Positions 18,720 to 20,000 of a stretch of 20,000 nucleotides of DNA are shown piece by piece; the first letter of the stretch is position 1, and each line of letters starts with the position of its first letter. The stretch is from Enoplolaimus lenunculus (lineage: Eukaryota). Both the position numbers and the translations under genes were made by a program. Where the stretch lies: positions 795,143-815,142 of the forward strand of contig JASANG010003752.1 in NCBI GenBank assembly GCA_030248215.1, written 5' to 3'. Under the pieces are notes generated by a model that made no database searches, was not told where the DNA came from, and saw only the letters and a list, made by a program, of their open reading frames with translations.

Positions 18720-18776
18720 CCTATCTCGACGATCTCTATCTCGATCTCGGTCTACTGCACGTCTGTCTCGGTCGCG
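18720..18776 (-). CDS. SNRNP70: U1-70K short RD-repeat exon (57 nt)
   Basis: Acceptor ataattttag|CGC, donor AGG|gtaatt, phase 0-0. Reads RDRDRRAVDRDRDRDRRDR. Confidence 0.85.
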
Positions 18777-19077
18777 CTAAAATTATAATAAAGATATCAG
18801 TGTTTCTTTTCAAAAATCGAATTGCGTATTGGTGGGTTTTTGAATTGGTATGGCTTTTGATTTGAAAATTATGGGTTTTTCAAATACGTTCAAAAACGTA
18901 AAAACTGCAATATTGTGTCTGCTGAAGTTAAAATATAAACTATATACTACTTTTTTACTATTATAATACATATTTCTGCCAGTTCGAACAAACGCTAGTG
19001 ACAGCCATTTTCATGCCTATAGCGGCTTTTAAGCTCCTCTGTTCATTCTTTTTGCTCCCTACAGCTTGCGGACTTAC

Positions 19078-19246
19078 ATCGCCGCGATCACGACGGCTTC
19101 TATCACGACTTCGGGACCGCGATCGTCTACGACGATCTACGCCACCACGATCCCGTGATCGACTACGACGTCGCCTGTCACGATCACGATCTCGATCACG
19201 GTCTCGATCTCGATCTTTGTCGCGCTCACGACGTTCAGATCGTTCC
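19078..19246 (-). CDS. SNRNP70: U1-70K exon, RD/RE/RS-rich domain
   Basis: Acceptor atatttcag|G, donor GAT|gtaagt. 169 nt, phase 2 to phase 0, consistent with the upstream exon. Reads ERSERRERDKDRDRDRDRDRDRDRRRRSRSRDRGGVDRRRRSRSRSRDRSRRDRGD. Confidence 0.9.
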
Positions 19247-19897
19247 CTGAAATATTCCACTGAAATACCTCTAACTACCAATACAGAGTTATCGTTACTG
19301 TCTCAAAAATGTGCTTACTGCACCATAATTAGCATTTGGTGACAAAATATTCTACGTTTCTTCAAACCAACGAACGTTCCATTGCACTAACATTAGTGAC
19401 TAACTGACGGTAGGTGCTAAACTTACAAGCGCAATATGAAAACACGGCTCCAAATTTCAAAAGGCAATAAATCAAATACGTTTAATATCGTTGGCTCGTA
19501 CAGTAAAGTCAAAAAGCGAAGGCATTCAACGGCTTACGTCCGCGTTCTATTAAAAGTCGAATTCAGCAAGTGATAAACCAACGGTTAGTAAAACACATAT
19601 CAACAGACCGAATCTTTTTCGAATGCTTTTCGTGCTTGTGGTTGTTCGAACCACAACCCACGCTTCAATGAATTCGGATTCTGATGTTTCACGATGGGAT
19701 TTCTATTGCCTGCATAAGATTAGGTTTGCTAAGCCAGTATGTTGAACGGCTACATTTTTGATCTTATACAACACTTCTATGCAAATTAATGGATTCTTCA
19801 AACTCAAGGTTCGGTTTCAGAATTAGATTCGGCAAAACTGTAATTGGTTCGGTTTGGGTCAAATCATGAGTTCGGTGTCATTCTGGTTAGAACTCAC

Positions 19898-19964
19898 CTG
19901 GAATCATCACGAACTGTTGCACCACCTGGACCTTTGGGGCGTCTCGTATCCCCTAGACCACCGC
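19898..19964 (-). CDS. SNRNP70: U1 small nuclear ribonucleoprotein 70 kDa, internal exon just after the RRM
   Basis: Acceptor tttaatctttag, donor AG|gtgagt. 67 nt, phase 1 to phase 2. Reads (G)GGLGDTRRPKGPGGATVRDDS(R), matching the U1-70K hallmark RLGGGLGGTRRGG...RDDTSR. Confidence 0.9.
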
Positions 19965-20000
19965 CTAAAGATTAAAGAAAATAATTTCAGCATTCGAACA

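Noticed and set aside
18998..19342. + strand 114-aa SR-rich ORF
   Set aside because: Antisense shadow of the U1-70K RD/RS exon; the splice sites and phases fit only the - strand.

Overview
AT-rich, intron-containing animal genomic DNA, probably an invertebrate chordate such as an ascidian (inferred from the vertebrate-like Kv1 C-terminus plus dense small MITEs; not proven). There are two convergent protein-coding genes. (1) A + strand Shaker/Kv1 (KCNA) voltage-gated K+ channel with one very large exon (acceptor at 8854, first in-frame ATG 9275, donor 11681) and a terminal exon 13037-13540 ending in a PDZ-binding ETNV motif. (2) The last four coding exons of U1 snRNP 70K (SNRNP70) on the - strand (19964 to 17147). 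Non-coding DNA is full of small non-autonomous DNA transposons: a GG..CC-terminated family with 8-bp TSDs carrying (TTAGGC/GCCTAA)n arrays (Merlin-like), several hAT-like MITEs and one CACT-terminated MITE. The most interesting observations are a 128-codon protein-like open frame upstream of the Kv1 ATG that begins at an ATA in start-like context and contains a strong out-of-frame uORF, the TTAGGC-carrying MITE family, and a tandem in-phase duplication of the U1-70K C-terminus. I see no clear evidence of a wholly new multi-gene system.
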